DNA of 63,030 bases, the filler included, from Hyphochytrium catenoides (taxonomy: Eukaryota; Protista; Hyphochytriomycota), in NCBI GenBank assembly GCA_900088475.1. It is 8 parts of 8 records of this genome, joined end to end, with 100 filler letters (N's around TTAATTAATTAA, not from the genome) between each part and the next. Parts side by side here need not be neighbours in the genome. Positions count along the whole stretch, not along the records: positions 1 to 13,425 come from FLMG01003717.1; positions 13,526 to 30,494 come from FLMG01001817.1; 6 more parts are not named here. One strand, given 5' to 3'. Shown in pieces: positions 1 to 15,000 of the stretch. The notes beneath the pieces were generated by a model. That model was given only the letters and a program-made list of their open reading frames with translations, had not been told where the DNA came from and did not search any database. Positions within the stretch are counted from its first letter, which is position 1. Each line of letters begins with the position of its first letter. Made by a program: the position numbers and the translations under genes.

Positions 1-645
1 AGAGAGAGAGAGAGAAGGTGGAACGGGAGAGTGAAGAGAAGGAAGGAACGAAGAGTTCCATTTGTAGCTTTGATGGGTCATGACCCCCGGACATCTCGTA
101 TAAATGGATCTTTATTTTAGAGAAATAATTGCAGAGTTGAGTGTATCCGTAATCCAGATAAGTCATGAAGAGCCAGAAAAAAGAGTCAGAATCCATCATC
201 TATCAGATATCCCCCAGGAGTAATGAGAGAGCACATATCTGTGTCGTTACTCTCTCCCCTCCTCGCCCTCTCTGGCACATGCTCCCTGACAGGACAGGAC
301 GAGAGTGGCGCTGCTCTCCTTCGGTAACAAGGGACGAAGAGGGACGGTGGACAGTTCAACGTAAGAATTAGGGTTACTAGTGCTATAAAGGCCCCACCTG
401 GGGACGTGCAAGGGCTGGTAGCAAGCACTCTGTGGCCCGACCCCGCTTCCTGTCATCCTTCTAGATCTACTGTTATAGCTGAATATTTACTCCTTGATGG
501 GTTGCCAAGCCTGTAGCTGCCCCTTAATACTTTTAAGTTCTGAAAGCTCTAGGCACGCAGTCAGCCACCCACATTGGGTTGTGAGTGAAACGAGGTTTCT
601 TGATTGCACTGATACCACGTCGCAGGTCTTCCTCCCGCTGGGATA

Positions 646-3600
646 TCAGAGTGAAGTTGACTGAAGCTTCTTCAGCCTTCGAGCTTTGCTGAAGTCTATA
701 TGCTTCAGACGCACTGCCCCAATAAGCCTTTCGGGAAGTTCCTCCGTCGTTTGTCCCTCTAGCAGGAAAGCTATGTCCACTACCAGCCTCTTTGCATAAC
801 TTGAAGCTAATGAGACCACGTTCCTGGCTATGGAGTCACTGTCCACGTCAATATCCACCTCGAAGTAGTGCTCCCCTTGGAAGTAGGGTTGGCGGAGCTT
901 ACTTCCGATGATTGCAGGAGTGCTGCCGACAGTTTGTCGGACCAGCATATTGCCTTGGACGATCTGCGGAATGAGCTTGAACCGAGAATTTCGGAACGCG
1001 TCATTTCTGACACATGCGTATATTAGAGATGTGACGAACGGGTATCCCATCATCGCCGAAAGAGGAAGGCGTTGTCAAGAACGAAATACTAGGGGGGTCA
1101 GAGTTGTACAGCGAAGAGAGGTAAAGCTATCGAAACGGTGGAAGCGCATATCGACGTTACACGGAGAGAAAGAAGTAGGAGTAAGACAAGCCTTAAGGAG
1201 GAAGTATAAGTATGGAGGAGCTTGGTGTTTGGAGCACTTAAACCTTACCCTTGCAAGAAGTCGAGCATGAGTTCCGCGCTGGAGGAGTTATCGGATTCAA
1301 AGCCGGGCTTCGGATGACAGAAATAGAAGGCCATAACGTAGGGAGGAGAGCCGGGGACGATGATACTTACAACGAATGTAAACGGAATCGGCAAGCTCTC
1401 TCCTCCTTCCTTCTCTCGCTCTTTCGCTCTCTTTAGGTACTGTTGGAGCGCTGAGTCCTCATAAGAGCCAATATGCACTGTTGGAGTGTCGGTGGCGAAT
1501 AGATCTACGGCGCACAACTTGAAAAGAGAGTCCCCTACAAGACACAGACCAGAGACAATGAAGGAGAGAACCGAACGTTGTTAGAAGGGCGGAGGAGCAG
1601 AGCAATCAACTAATTTCCACCTCTTGCCACTTACTTGCTACCACCTTGGTTCTGTCCTGCAAATACCTCTCGGAGCGAACTTTAAAGGTTGAGAATGGCG
1701 CCTCTTCCCAGTCTTCCGCTGAGAGAGAGGACGGTAGCTCAAAAGTGATGGGTTCCAAGGGAGTAGGGGAGGACGAAGCCTCCCTTAGCGTTGAATCTTT
1801 CGGCAAAGGCACCTCCTTCTCCTCCGAGAGGTGCACTGAACGAAAACGGCGAGCTTCCAAAGCATCCCGCAAACTCAGCAACGCGAGGAGGTGGTGTGAA
1901 ACATACGCGTCCCACCAACCCGACAAACTCAAGATCCAGCCCGCAAGCCTGCGATCAAAGCAAAAAGACGGTAAGACACAGTTAGCCTTTACTGTCAATA
2001 GTCTCAACTGCTATTTCTGCCTCCACGACTTGCCCTTGTGGGTTCATGGAGAGGTAATATGTAACGAGGCTCTCTCCGGTATCGCTATCTAGGTCTTTTC
2101 TTCGGTTGATGATGAAGCCTCCCTGGTATAGGGTTCCTCTAATTATGCCATAGCTCTCTTTGCTTTCAGGATGAGCGGTGGATTTTAAGATAACACGGTA
2201 ACAGTCCTCTTCCTCCCGCCAATACCGCGTCACGCAATAGTCTCTGGGAGCGAGAGGTCTAGATATACTATATCAGCTAAAACTTAATCAGTTCGGAGAA
2301 CCAAGAGAGAGAGGAAGGCACAAAGTCGAGATAGTCAAAGATGCTTAAGACAAAAGGAAGCGACGTCGTCAAGTAGTGTGGCTGAGCAGAACAAAGGCCG
2401 TGAAGATAAGACCTAGAAGAGAAACTCGAACAAAGATAATTGACTTCTTACATGCCAAAGATCGTCTGGGACCGATGGATAGACTGCATGACATCCATGC
2501 TTGAAGAAAGTGGCGTTATAACGCTTGCCTGGATCACTGGGCTGTCCCAACTACATGTTACAGGCAAAAGCATGAAGGCGTTATATGGCAGAAGAAAAGG
2601 CGTAAAATATATCAAGAGAAGGCACTTATTGCTAGCCTTTGACCACAAGTCCTTCCATTCCTGAACCTACTCACGTCTTTCGCGCGGCAGAGTCCATGAT
2701 CAACGCAAAGATCTCAGCAGCGTCCGCTTTGATGATGACAGACGCCTTATAGCAGGGAGGCCGCGATGAGGAAGCAGCTGGAAAGAGCTGCATCCGAAGA
2801 ATTAGCAAAAGCATCACACAGCCTACTGCGAAGAGAAACGAGAGCTGCCATGCGCTCAGAGCCACAACTATCCCCGCTGCCCAGAAGGCACTCTGATTCA
2901 TTGAATTGCCTTGACCTCGCATCTGCACAAGCTTAGTAAGGTGACCGCGCTTTAAAAGCAGTAAGGTAAAAAGGGCCACGATACCTGCAACTCCTTCATA
3001 ATCCGCAAGCCGTGGCAGATCGATATTGGGTTCCAGCTTTGCACGCTCAGCGCTCCTCCTTCTGCTCTGCTGGTCACTGAACGGCCTTCGAGTGCTGCGG
3101 AAGCTCCACTCGCCACTACCGAGTTGGAAGGCGAATCTTGGGCCTTGGAGACCAAGGAGAAGTATCATTGTGTCCAAGTGAACGGCTTATAAGTCTGCTA
3201 GGTACCTACTTTATATTTAGAGAGTCTGTCGTACCGCCTGAACAGCCTCAGCTATTGCATTTCTCCATTCCATGCATTCCTTCTGGAGTTCGGAAGCAAG
3301 GACCAGTGAGTGACCTGCCGATCGAGTCATTCCTGACGTGCTGGCAGGATGCCAGTCTATAGAGAAAGCATACAGCATCTTGTGTGCAGTTCTGCTTCTT
3401 GCTCCAATTTCTCCAACGGTGCACGTCTTTCTTAGCCTTAAGATGCCTCTGGGTTGCTATGGAGGAGACCGTAGGCCATGTCAAACGAGTCAACTTCATC
3501 TTAATCAACCCCTCGCCTGACCTACCGGGTCTCCTTTCTTGAGGAAGTACGTCAGGACTCCATCTCTGAGGACAAAGTATCTAAAGCAAAGGAGCTAAGG

Positions 3601-3719
3601 ATTAGCTCTGGATGGGGAGATTGTATGGGTGCAGGGCGGCACCTTTCATTCCAAGAAGGCATATGGTTGCCCCGCTTCAAGAGAAAGCCTTCTAGACTCC
3701 TCGTAGCCAAGTGGGGCAT
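646..3719 (-). CDS. EDR2-like lipid-transfer protein (PH + hydrophobic segment + START + C-terminal EDR2_C/DUF1336), multi-exon
   Basis: Spliced N-terminus reads LEGFLLKRGNHMPSWNER|YFVLRDGVLTYFLKKGDP|QPRGILRL...EWRNAIAEA (PH). START motifs CYKASVII, RDYCVTRYWREE, GGFII. C-terminus FKVRSERYLQDRTK, RFKLIPQIVQG, YFEVDIDV, LVVDIAFLLEG..EELPERLIGAVRL (DUF1336). Start codon uncertain (3719 or 3752). Confidence 0.9.
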
Positions 3720-4503
3720 AGAGCTAGTAATAATCTTTGAACTGGACTGCATCTTCTCTGTTGAACAGGAGTGCGGTGCCAGAAAGGCTACAGCTGGCTG
3801 CTGGGCGTCATTGACCCGCCACCAAACGATGCTGCCAACTTTCCTAATATTCTCTTCCGTTGCAAAATGGCCCTTCCTTATCCAGATGTTTGGCAGGCGA
3901 CTAGACACTGGGCAACCTTTCGCTTGATTCTCCAGATGCCTGGGCTGCTGGCGCTACTCTCCTCCTAAGCCTCCGTAATGTCCGGTCCTCCCACGGCGCT
4001 TGGTGACAGACAGCAGCGAAGGAGCCATGTCGGCAGGACAGCGCTTCGACAGCTGCTTCGACGTTATTTCCTCTTTCCTGACATGAGAAAGAGACGGACA
4101 AGTTATAAAATTCTTCTGGGAATCTTTCACTTCCACCTGTCAAGCTTTATCCGAATAACTAGTATGGGTTATTGACCTCACTCTTTGAATCTTTCTCATT
4201 GCTTTTTTCTGAAACTTTAGACTGCGGCCCAAGTGAAAGAGAGCTCGCTCTTCGCTGTTGAAGAAGCTTCAGATCTTTAGCAGATTTCTTCGTCTGGCGT
4301 GAAGGAGCTGCCATGGCTTTCAACGATGTTTCAAGGACGTCAAACACCTCAGGCTTGACAAGCGAACGCCGTCTTACTATCACCACTGACTAACTGGGTC
4401 GAGGCTCTGAAGCTTTCAACCTCCCAAGCGCACTTGAAAGCCCTGGACACTGCCGACAAGCCTAGACTTCCGAGCAGCCTGCAATGAGGGCTAGTTCCTT
4501 GCC

Positions 4504-4758
4504 ATGATAGGAATCGCTCTGGTAAGCAACATCACTCTGAGGGAGCCGCACCTGGCGATCCCATTCCTATGTAAGGGCACCGACTCACCCGCCTCCCTTA
4601 GGTCGTTGACGACATCTCCAAAGGAACCAAGTACGAAGCGACCGACTTGAAGCACTCTGATATGGCCTTTTACCTCTGACTAACGCTTCCTTCTGTTTGG
4701 CAGACTAGTCTTTCGCTACCCACCTTTACCAGCTGAGCGTAGACCGGATCTTTCGGGT

Positions 4759-4807
<49 letters not shown>

Positions 4808-6722
4808 GCTCTCTCTCTCCCTCTCTAGCCTCTGCTCACGCTTTGCACCTGACTGTCACTCCTGCTTCTCTTCCAGTCCATGAACAAAAGGAGATACTAA
4901 AGGTTGCAGAGTTTCATGCGCTGCCCCCTTCGTTGTTTGCGAAGCTTTTCCGGCCCAAGCATGCCCTGTGTAACCAGATCTTTGAGCTCGTCCTGGACGG
5001 ACTCAGGTTTATGACATACCCTGTGGAGACTTCCGCGGCCCCAGATTCATCCCGGAGTACGCCGTCTGCCCAGGGTCAACCCACACAAACGGGGATCAAG
5101 AATGAGCTAACGCTGATAAACGTCGTCTTCGTACTGGACGCCAACGAGCAGCCACCTATCAGGTCATCAAGCAGCACTGGGCTTTCAGCGACGCCGCTGT
5201 CTGAGCTCTCTGTAGATAACTTTCATGAAAATGCACGGCTTGAGCGATACAAGGAAGCCGTCGCTAACCTTGCAAACGCACTGCTGCACGAGGAGAGGCG
5301 ATGCAAGTACGTGACAAACGAGGTGCGAATTCTTCTAAACACACGCGATGAGATCGCCCAGCAGCTGCAGACCAAGAAGCCGGCCCAAGATAGGTCCCTA
5401 TCAAAAGATAGAAAGGTCCCAGACGTTGGTATGTCTCACCACTTCTCGCTTTTCATAATCCAAAGTCATTAACCGTGACCGCTGCCTCTGTCTCCTTGGT
5501 ACAGATACTCAAACACTCATTGACGTCTCGATTGAGCGCAGTTCTTTGGCCTGTGAGTTAAAGGACGTCTATCACGGACTGAAGGATGGTGGAAAGGTGC
5601 ACCTGCGGATTAACAACTGGATTCTTCTCTCCCTTACGCTGAGCTACTCCATGGATCTGCCTTCTCTACCTATCCGACCCTACCAGACGCTCCTTCTGCT
5701 CAAGAGCCAGGAAGCCATTTTAAAGTCGCTGCCGCCAGACTGCTCGCCTCAGCTACGGACTCTTATCAAGGCGACGAACCCGCTCCGGAGCTTCCATGAG
5801 ATCTCTGTGGAAACGGACATTCCGCTGAACCATCTCTTCAGACTCGCAGCCCATCTGGTTTTCTGGGGCACTGCTAGAGTCATCGATACCATCACAATGC
5901 ACAGTATCTACCAAGTGAACCCAGCGGCTAAGTTACAAGTCTATTCCTCGCAAGCGGCAGAGTTCTCTCGTCTTTTCTCTCGAGATATTTTTGAGGTTCT
6001 GGAGTCCTTTCGCGATGGCTGGAAACGCCGTCTGGGCCCACTGCTTGGGCCGATGACCCCTTTCCAGCGGACAGAGTTCCTTCACATCCTGGTAGGAGTC
6101 AGTCGTCCGTCCTCGAAGTGAGCTATCGACAATCGGTTTACTTTCTATTGGAGCCTAAGTTGTCTGGTTAAAGGCTGCGCTCCTCTTCGCTCTGTCGTCA
6201 GTCCTCTTCTTGCGGTTCCGTTCCGTGAGTAAAGGCGCTATGCCCTACTTCCCCATGCCGACTCTTCCTTTTGCAAGCTCTCTTTCCTCCGTCGTAGATT
6301 AATATCTCACACGTCAAACCTTGCAGGTGTGGCTCCTAGAGCACAATCTCCTTATCCAACTGCACCGCTATGTGCTACTAATGGTTCCTGATGAAGATCT
6401 GGAGGACGAAACGGAGGACGGGACGAGTCTAGACGGTACTGCGACCGTTGCAAGCTTACCTCGGAGCTTTGTGACGGATGGGCTTATCACTGGCGGGGAG
6501 CAGCTCAACTCTGAGCTGGACCTCACGCCCGGGCAGGAGAAATACCTTGCAGATCGGTATGGGGATCGGCCCAACTTTCCCTTGTTTCGCCGTCTCTGCC
6601 CATACTTTCGAGGGAACCACCATTTTGAGGAGATCATGTGGCGGGAGGACATGCAACGGAAAGTGATTCGACAACTGCTGAGCCACTATAGCGAGGTGGC
6701 GGTGACGTACATTCATGAGTGA
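4504..6722 (+). CDS. NPRL3: GATOR1 complex subunit NPRL3/Npr3; exons 4504-4521, 4602-4630, 4704-4756, 4877-5428, 5505-6091, 6327-6722
   Basis: Spliced MIGIALVVDDISKGTKLVFRYP; FELVLDGLRFMTYP; ALLHEERRCKYV; PIRPYQTLLLL; LAAHLVFWG; LFRRLCPYFRGNHHFEEIMW. All introns are GT-AG and phase-consistent. Confidence 0.93.
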
Positions 6723-8783
6723 GCCGTATAGACGGAGCGCAATTAGACTTGGCAGTCTTCTAAGAAGCAGCTGCGGGACGCTCCTCGTGTTGGTTTCTGA
6801 TTATTTTAGCTCTGCGCTGACAAGGAACATCTGTAAGAGCATCATCGTTCCGCAGAGCTGGGCAAATACTTAGATGCGACACGAATGGTAAACGCCAGCC
6901 AAGTTCAGTTCCTAGTTCTTACTTCTGCTCCCTCATTAAGCTATTTCTTCGCCTGAAGGAGACCGTGAGACTCTCTTAGGCCCACGACTAGGAAGAAAGC
7001 AGATATGGGGTGGTAGTGTCAACCTGTTTCTCCTCGAACCGCATGGTCCCGTGTCCACGCTCTGTTGCCATTTAAGTGTTAATGTCAGGAGACTAGGAGC
7101 TCCAGCCTTCGTCTGCTGTTTTCACCATCATCATCGTCTTAAACCATCTATGTGCACCTCCCAGGGTAAGGCAATGCTATGCAAGCCAAATATCTCGCCC
7201 TCGCTCAAGCTAGATCAAAAGTGAGCGCAAAGTGCGTGATCGCAGGAGAGTCGGCGCTGATTGTGCCATGGCTGCCGCTCCTTGGATGCCTCTGGACTCC
7301 GACTCACTGCTGGCTTGCTAGTAATGACACCTGTCAGTGCTTCCTCAGAGATAAAGCACTTGGATTCGCTTCAGCCGAGCCTTCCCTTGGGCTCAGCTTT
7401 GTAGCGAGTACTCTGGTCATAGACTGACGCAGATACAATGACGACGAGAAGGGCTAATGAAGTAATAGAAGCGCTAGGTGGGAGGGGCATCACTTGGATC
7501 TGAGGACGGAAGACTCCCGGCCAAGTTTGAACTCTGCCAAGTTTGTCCGCTACTTTCAACAAGGCATTCGGGGTGTGGAGCTGATGGTCACATGACAGAT
7601 GGGACGCCGCAGCGTCTATCATCCTTTAGACTTCGTTCTCCCCATAAGAAGAGGCATGCTTCAAGGCAGGGAAAGAGCGACTGGCTCTAGACTTCTCTAG
7701 TCAGAGCTGTTGAACTGCGCAGGTATCGAGACCCACTAGGGCAGCCCGAATAGCCCATAGGCAAACTGTAAGTCTGGAGATTTGGGCTGTGCAGACGGCT
7801 CTGAAGTGCCATTGACAGGCAAAGATTCATGAAGACGGTAACCTTGCGACAGCTGTCTAGCCATACAAACCTCACCTGCTGTGCCAGCTCCCATCGTGTC
7901 AGTGGTGCGGTGTGGCTAAACCCCTTGTTCCAGATAACCTCCTCCACAACCCATGACCTTGCCTAGGAGTCACTGCGCTCGTCAGAGCCGTCTGAGCAGA
8001 GCAAATCTCCAGATTATAGCTTGCTAATGGGCAACTCCAGCTGCCGTGGTGCCTGGTGACAGCTTCTCTGTCTAACATCTGACACTAAATGCTGGAGGAC
8101 TACCCAGCAAGCCTACCGGTCCAGCGGACACACCTTCTGGACCAGTCGCTACGTTGTCGACCTATTCTAAGGAGGTAGTTCATAATCTGTGGTCGATCCA
8201 GAAACGCGTGGGCATCCGCGATGGTTCAATTGTCCGGCAACGTGTGGGTTCACAAGGCCTGTGTGCACCATTGTCCAGCAACTTTGGCTAGGATCTCCAT
8301 CAACATCATCGGTGCCAGGTCGCCAGGTCGCCAGCTCCGTCAAAATTGGAGGTGCAACCAGGTGCGTCATCGTGACTCCACTCACAGGCTGAACCTCCGA
8401 GCCCAGTAAGAGCCACTTCGTCCGTCACAGGCGGAGGGTGAGTGACCTTTCTCTTTATCCTGAGAATCAAGGAACTACTCCGATGTCCTGCTCAGGAGTT
8501 GACTGTCTTCGCCCGCAGCTCTTCTGTTTGCTTCCCCTCATCAAAACCGCAGTGAAGCTTGCCGTTACCACCCATCATACTCCTTGTTCTTCTTCTCCAA
8601 ACAAACAGCGCCAACATCAGACGCTAGAAGTCCTTGTACGAAGGCCCACGCCGGCCAGCAGCGTTAGCTTCAGCCTTCAGCAAAGCTGTAGACAGGGCAT
8701 AGGAGCATGGGCCAGCCTCTTGAGTGCGCGAGCTAGAGCTGTTGAGACACCAAGGCTGTCTGAGAGGAGCTGGCTCTGGAGGA

Positions 8784-11391
8784 ATGGGTGTCCATGGTCT
8801 GCTGTCGCTCCTGCTGAAGAACCCAAAGCTCTTTAGCCGGACCGCCACACTAGGCGAGCTTCCCAAGCCGCAGAAAGAGAGCTCTGGGGAGAACCCAGAG
8901 GCTGTTCTTATCTTTGACGGCATCTGTCTGGCTTTTCATCTCTATCGTCAGAGCGGCCTGGATTGGCTGCTTGGTGGGCAATATCAAGAGTTTGCCGGTA
9001 CGTAGAGCCTCGTGACTGGGCTGTATAGGTGGCCGCTGACTCAAGGATTCTGCAGATTATGTCAGGAGCTATATGCAGAGACTCAGGGCCATGGGAGTCC
9101 GGCCCATCGTCGTGGTGGATGGTCCTCAGACGGAGGACGAGAGTAAGAGGGCGACACTGCTGCAGCGGATGCAGAGAGAGGTGCAGACAGTGCGTCGTAT
9201 CTCGGACTGGCTATCCTCAGGGCAGCTGAACATGGCTTCAACCCAGCTGAGAGTCCGTCTTATCCTAAGCTCAGAGCCTGTCCTCTCTCCCATGGAGCAT
9301 ACTTCTCTTATGCCAAGTTTTACTTTCCCTCCCTCTCTTCTTTCTCTCTCTCTTTCTTTCTCTGTCTCTCTCTCTCTCTGTCTCTCTCTTTCACTCTCTC
9401 TTTCTCTCCTTCTTCCTTTCTTGCCCAATTCTCTTTGTCTCTATGTGCGTGCCCATGCCTACAAAACCTCGCTTCTCTCCTGTCACGGCCTTGTGCTACT
9501 GTCCCTTTCTGTTCCTTTCCATGTTCTTCCTTCCTCCTCTGCTTCCTGGCCCTCAGCCTTGTCTAATCCTGGTCCTCTCTAGGGCATAGAAATATATCCA
9601 GTCTTCACGGTGCAGACAATGCTGGAGGCACTGATCTCTGTGGGGATAGAGACCCGCCGAGCTGTGGGAGAGGCCGATGCTGAGATTGCCCTGCTATGTA
9701 GGGAGCGAGAGGCCGTGGCCGTGGTGACCAACGACTCAGATTTCTGCATCTATGACGTGCCTGGCATGATCCTGCCTGGAGACTTGGAGTTCGTCGAGGT
9801 GGCGAGTGGAGGTATGGAGCGAAAAAAAGGGAAGAGAGAGAGAGAGAGAGACAGTGATCATCGCGCCTGGTAGATATGGGAACGACTGAAGACAGAAATA
9901 TTTGAGAGAGTCTACCCTTATAAGCGCTGGTCAATGTGCAGTTTTGAAGAGGATTGATAATGGAAGGCAGAGTGCAGTACAGATCTCAGGGTTTCCAACG
10001 CTGTTCGTGACATCTCAGGCACAAAGCTGCAGGCTCGAGTCTTCTCCAGAGCTAGCCTCGCGCAGGGCATCCGCCTGCTTCCGCAAGATCTCGCTGTCTT
10101 CTCTTGCCTCGCGGGAAACGACTACGTGGACCCAAGCTACTGGTGTCAGGAGGAGTTGCGACAGTGTTTGAAACGAAGTGGCAAGCTTCAAAAGTCCAAG
10201 GCCACTCCGCTATCCATGGCGCTTAGCTTTATGAGGCAACATCAAGGCGCTACGGAAGAGGAGATATGTGAAGCCCTATTCTGTGAGACATGCGGGAGGA
10301 GAAAGAGAGGACAAACTTCTTCGACTCTCTCGCGTCGGGGCCAGCAGTTTCTACTCCTGCTGAGACGCGTGCGAGCTGTGTATGATCTTAAGACAGAGCT
10401 AAAGCGCGTCATAGAGGTACTACGCCCGTTGATGTTGACGTCGATCCGCCTCTATGTTCGCCTCATCATTCTTCCTCCTCTGATGCAGCTACCTTTGGCG
10501 CACGAGCAGTTGCAGGCTGCAAACATTAGCGGTGCACTTTCAGTGATGACTGCGGGCATTCTTTGTCAGCATACTTTCAGGTGGAGAGGAGTCCTTGAAA
10601 GGAGAGGACGAGGAGCTCAACCACCCGCATACGAGCTGATGGGCCCGCTTCGTGAACGTATGTACCTGCTAGCTTCTGGCAACAGTGGGACAGACCACTC
10701 TACCGCCGGAACCGGTGCCGAGTTTGTTGAGTACAGGCATCAAGGAGACAGTGGGGCGAGAGTGGCAGCCATCTCTATCCACAATGATCCTCAGATGGAG
10801 ATGAAGCTGCTTGTTCAACCTTTTTCCGGGCTTGCGTGTCTGTGCTGGGCGCTAGAGTGTGCAGAGTTGGAGCCGTGGGCTGGCGATATGGTGACTAAAG
10901 GAGAATGTATGACGCTCCTCGTGGTCCTGACCCTGCGGTACTGCCTTTCAAGGCTGCAAGATCCCTCTGATGCCGTGATCTGGTGCCTCCTCATTATTCT
11001 GCACAGAGCTATAGAGCTGTCAAGGGCGTGTCAGCCACCATCCTCACCATCATCTCTTGGCACTTCTTGGCAGGATCTTTTCGTCCAGCGAGGACACTGT
11101 TCCTTGGACTTCATTAGCTGTCTGAACCTCTTCCAGGTCGCAGCTATGCACGTCAACTCTCTTAATGAGCTCTCAGGCTCTACCTTACCCCGCATTCCTT
11201 CGTTCCTCTTCGACGGTGTGGCATCACACAAGTCGTTCCTTGACTGTTTGTCAAGCTTCAGTCACTGTCAGCAAGGGCATAGAAAGTCTTTCCAGATATT
11301 TATTGAGCGCTCCTGTCTCTCCTTAGAAGAGAAAGAGCGTTTAACAGCGTGCTTCAGGGTTGCCGCTGGCCACTATATACGTCTAGCATAA
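8784..11391 (+). CDS. Asteroid (ASTE1)-like XPG/FEN1-family PIN nuclease, multi-exon
   Basis: MGVHGLLS start, LIFDG, GGQY, VVVDG, GEADAEIA, VVTNDSDF, LAGNDY: the acidic motifs of the XPG-N/XPG-I Asteroid subfamily. Introns about 8998-9055, 9254-9582 and 9812-10018. Confidence 0.85.
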
Positions 11392-11434
11392 ATAAAGACT
11401 CCAAGGGTCTCGTTCCCTCTCTTGCAGTCAGCTC

Positions 11435-13425
<1,991 letters not shown>

Positions 13426-13525
13426 NNNNNNNNNNNNNNNNNNNNNNNNNNNNNNNNNNNNNNNNNNNNTTAATTAATTAANNNNNNNNNNNNNNNNNNN
13501 NNNNNNNNNNNNNNNNNNNNNNNNN
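13426..13525. other. Assembly gap with TTAATTAATTAA spacer (also 30495-30594, 37773-37872, 45912-46011, 55966-56065, 59960-60059, 61731-61830)
   Basis: An identical 12-mer with stops in all six frames is centred in 100-bp N blocks. Confidence 0.97.
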
Positions 13526-13710
13526 AGCTCATCACTGTGGGGCTAGGGCTCAGGATCCTGATGCTCATCATCATCATAGAGAGGCAGCAGTGGCTGATAG
13601 CTCGTCACTGTGGCGCTAGGGCTCAGGATCCTGATGCTCATCATCATCATAGAGAGGCAGCAGTGGCCGATAGCTCATCACTGTGGGGCCAGGGCTCAGG
13701 ATCATCATAG
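13526..13710. repeat. 73-bp minisatellite, about 2.5 copies, truncated by gap
   Basis: Unit AGCTCATCACTGTGGGGCTAGGGCTCAGGATCCTGATGCTCATCATCATCATAGAGAGGCAGCAGTGGCTGAT recurs at 13526, 13599 and 13672 with few substitutions. Confidence 0.9.
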
Positions 13711-15000
13711 AAGAACGCTTATACTCAGTTCTTAGCTATCAAATGTTAGAAAATATAGATCTTTCGCTCTGTAGCAGGCAACAGGGGGAGGAGAAACATG
13801 GAGAAAGAATGAGGGAGAAAGAGAGAGTGAAATAGACTCAGGAGGCCCTGCTGGGAGCACAGGTGGTCTAGGAGGCTGAGTCAAGCGGGTAGGAGAGGAT
13901 ATAGAAGGGCGATCGCCAGATGTCGATAGGTGTGAGAGTTAAGAGAGAGAGAAAGTAGGAAAGAGGAACAAAGAAGGAGACAGTGTTCACTATCTTTGCG
14001 TCTTTCTCTTTGTTCCAGAAAGCTGGGAAGACTGACAGAGGTTGAGCGACTTGACCAAGAGAGGCGGTGGGCGCATGTGCAAGACTGAAGGAGAGAAAGA
14101 GAGAGAAGCGAGAGGAGGAGAGAAGAAGTCGAAGACGGAAAGGGAGAGGCAGGGAAGGAGAGACGCAGAAAGGTAGACCCTGCAAGATAGAAAACAAGTT
14201 TACAAGGTTTCTCTCTTGTCTTTTGTGTCTCTTTCTCTCGCTCACAGCCAACAAGGAGCATTGGTGATGATGAGAGAAAGGGAAGACTGTAGGAGAGAGG
14301 AGTCAAATGAGGATAGGTACGAATGAGGAAGAAAGCAAGAGAGAAACGCTTGAGAGAGACAGAACTCTCAGAAGAGAGTGCTTCAAGAGAGACATGCGAG
14401 GACGAGGCAGTGTGAGAAGAAAGAAAGAATACAGCGAGGCAAAGTCTTTCTTGATAGTTGATGGGACATTGAGTGCGACATGGAGAAGGAGAGAAAGAGA
14501 GCGAGAGAAAGAGAGAGACTGTGTGAGTGAGAGAGAGAGTGTGTGTGAGTAAGGGAGAAAGGAAAGAAGAGAGAGAGAAAGGTTCACAGACACCTCCTCT
14601 GGTCTCGAGAGAAGAAAGAGTGGAGGACGCGAGGTGGATAAAGCATTACATTCTATGATAAGAGATAAGGAAATAAATAGACGGTATATCTGCTCCTGGC
14701 TAAAAAGTACGAGGGGCCAGCAAGAGAGAGAGAGAAGAGGCAAGACAGAGAGAGAGAGGGAAGATGCGGAGACTGAAAAGAGCGAGGAAAAGAAAGAGAG
14801 AGAGAGAGACAGATGCAGACAGCACAGAGCAAACAAGGGCAGATAGAGCAAGAGAGGAAGAAAGAAGGCAAGGGGCTGACAGCCCTCACCTTCCTTTGGC
14901 TAAGATTCTCAAGAGAGACAAAGACTGCCGAGAAGGGGACCAGGCAGAAACCCCTTTCCTTTTCTCTCTCTTTCTCTCTCCCTTCTCTCCTCTTTTCTCT

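Noticed and set aside
1-640. Possible ncRNA or LTR downstream of the EDR2-like gene
   Set aside because: No recognisable RNA family motif or element boundaries; probably 3' UTR/intergenic.
7100-8620. Possible minus-strand gene between NPRL3 and the Asteroid-like gene
   Set aside because: Some exon-like pieces exist, but I could not build a consistent frame or recognise a family.
13470-13481. Recurrent palindrome TTAATTAATTAA inside N blocks
   Set aside because: Artificial six-frame-stop scaffold spacer, not biology. Adjacency across these gaps is not guaranteed.
13526-13710. CRISPR-like regular repeat
   Set aside because: Units are contiguous with no unique spacers, there are no cas genes, and the context is eukaryotic.
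13868-14889. Numerous ER-/SL-rich ORFs here and at 19.7-20.4, 28.9-29.5, 38.0-38.5, 52.4-53.3 and 61.0-61.5 kb
   Set aside because: Stop-poor translations of GA/CT microsatellite DNA with no domain signal.
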